Shown piece after piece: positions 63,691 through 64,000 of a stretch of DNA of 64,000 bases. This DNA comes from Vicinamibacterales bacterium (GTDB lineage Bacteria; Acidobacteriota; Vicinamibacteria; Vicinamibacterales; UBA2999): assembly GCA_035575715.1 (NCBI GenBank), contig DATLXN010000029.1:14079-78078 (forward strand), read 5' to 3'. The notes under the pieces are model-generated. The model did not search any database. It was given only the letters and a program-made list of their open reading frames with translations, and had not been told where the DNA came from. Numbering within the stretch: position 1 is the first letter of the stretch; each line of letters starts with the position of its first letter. The position numbers and the translations under genes were made by a program.

Positions 63691-64000
63691 ATACGTCCGT
63701 TCCACCGTTCCCCGTCATCGTGAATAACAGACTGCGCGGGGGCCGCAGTAGCGCCGTTGCGGCGATCCAAGAACCGAATCACGACCGATGGGACGAGCCG
63801 CCTGCCGCTCCTGCGACATCGGAGCCGGTGGTCTTCCCGAGCTCGTGGCGATTGCTCGATGACGTCGAATTGATGGACCTGAACGATCCCGAGTTTCTGA
63901 TCGATGGCGTGATTCCGCTTCAGGGTGTGGGCGTAGTCTACGGGCCGAGCGCTTCGGGCAAGACGACGCTGCTGGCGGGCATGACAGTGGCACAGGCGAC
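63687..64000 (+). CDS. AAA_25/RepA-like ATPase (island replication/helicase-type), N-terminal fragment
   Basis: My translation from GTG 63687: VNTSVPPFPVIVNNRLRGGRSSAVAAIQEPNHDRWDEPPAAPATSEPVVFPSSWRLLDDVELMDLNDPEFLIDGVIPLQGVGVVYGPSASGKTTLLAGMTVAQA. It contains PEFLIDGVIP plus Walker A GPSASGKT. Open to the window end, so absent from the ORF track. Confidence 0.8.
   Translation, partial: MNTSVPPFPVIVNNRLRGGRSSAVAAIQEPNHDRWDEPPAAPATSEPVVFPSSWRLLDDVELMDLNDPEFLIDGVIPLQGVGVVYGPSASGKTTLLAGMTVAQA

Larger units (their letters stand above)
62514..64000 (+). mobile_element. probable integrative element / genomic island inserted at tRNA-Pro (left end only; runs off window)
   Basis: tRNA flank, drop in GC, iteron-like repeats, then four translationally coupled genes including an excisionase-type HTH and an AAA_25-type ATPase. 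No integrase visible in the window. Confidence 0.45.

Overview
High-GC bacterial chromosomal segment (by eye about two-thirds G+C, not computed). It is gene-dense, with about 57 protein genes and one tRNA. The family content suggests Acidobacteriota, which is an inference: a TIGR03436-type VWFA protein, a TonB-dependent receptor with a CarboxypepD_reg-type N-terminus, and a fused membrane/spermidine-synthase/TPR protein. Most genes are housekeeping: hemE (partial), rpiB, glgA, trxA-trxB, mnmA plus a NifS-type cysteine desulfurase, glpX, hflX, pgsA, yicC-gmk-coaBC-UDG-priA, an IHF/HU protein, der, a MerR regulator and tRNA-Pro(GGG). There is also a surface-polysaccharide cluster of about 12.5 kb (UXS, priming sugar transferase, four GTs, ugd, galE, msbA-like). 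Three things stand out. (1) A secreted peroxiredoxin is split in the ORF track by an in-frame TGA exactly at the peroxidatic-Cys position, with a SECIS-like hairpin 11 nt downstream, so it is probably a selenoprotein. (2) The intergenic DNA carries several repeat families. These are heptanucleotide tandem arrays (GATCAGG x6 at two loci, GYCGGTN x15, and smaller ones), a GGGGACGGAGGTCG array that recurs inverted inside the UDG linker, CGAAG-apex hairpin/REP-like elements, and a 186-bp long inverted repeat. (3) At the right edge, tRNA-Pro is followed by an accessory module that runs off the window: iteron-like repeats, a strong promoter, an excisionase-like HTH gene and an AAA_25-type ATPase. 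I found no CRISPR array, rRNA, transposase or recognisable defence operon. All family assignments come from motif recognition by eye, not from database searches.
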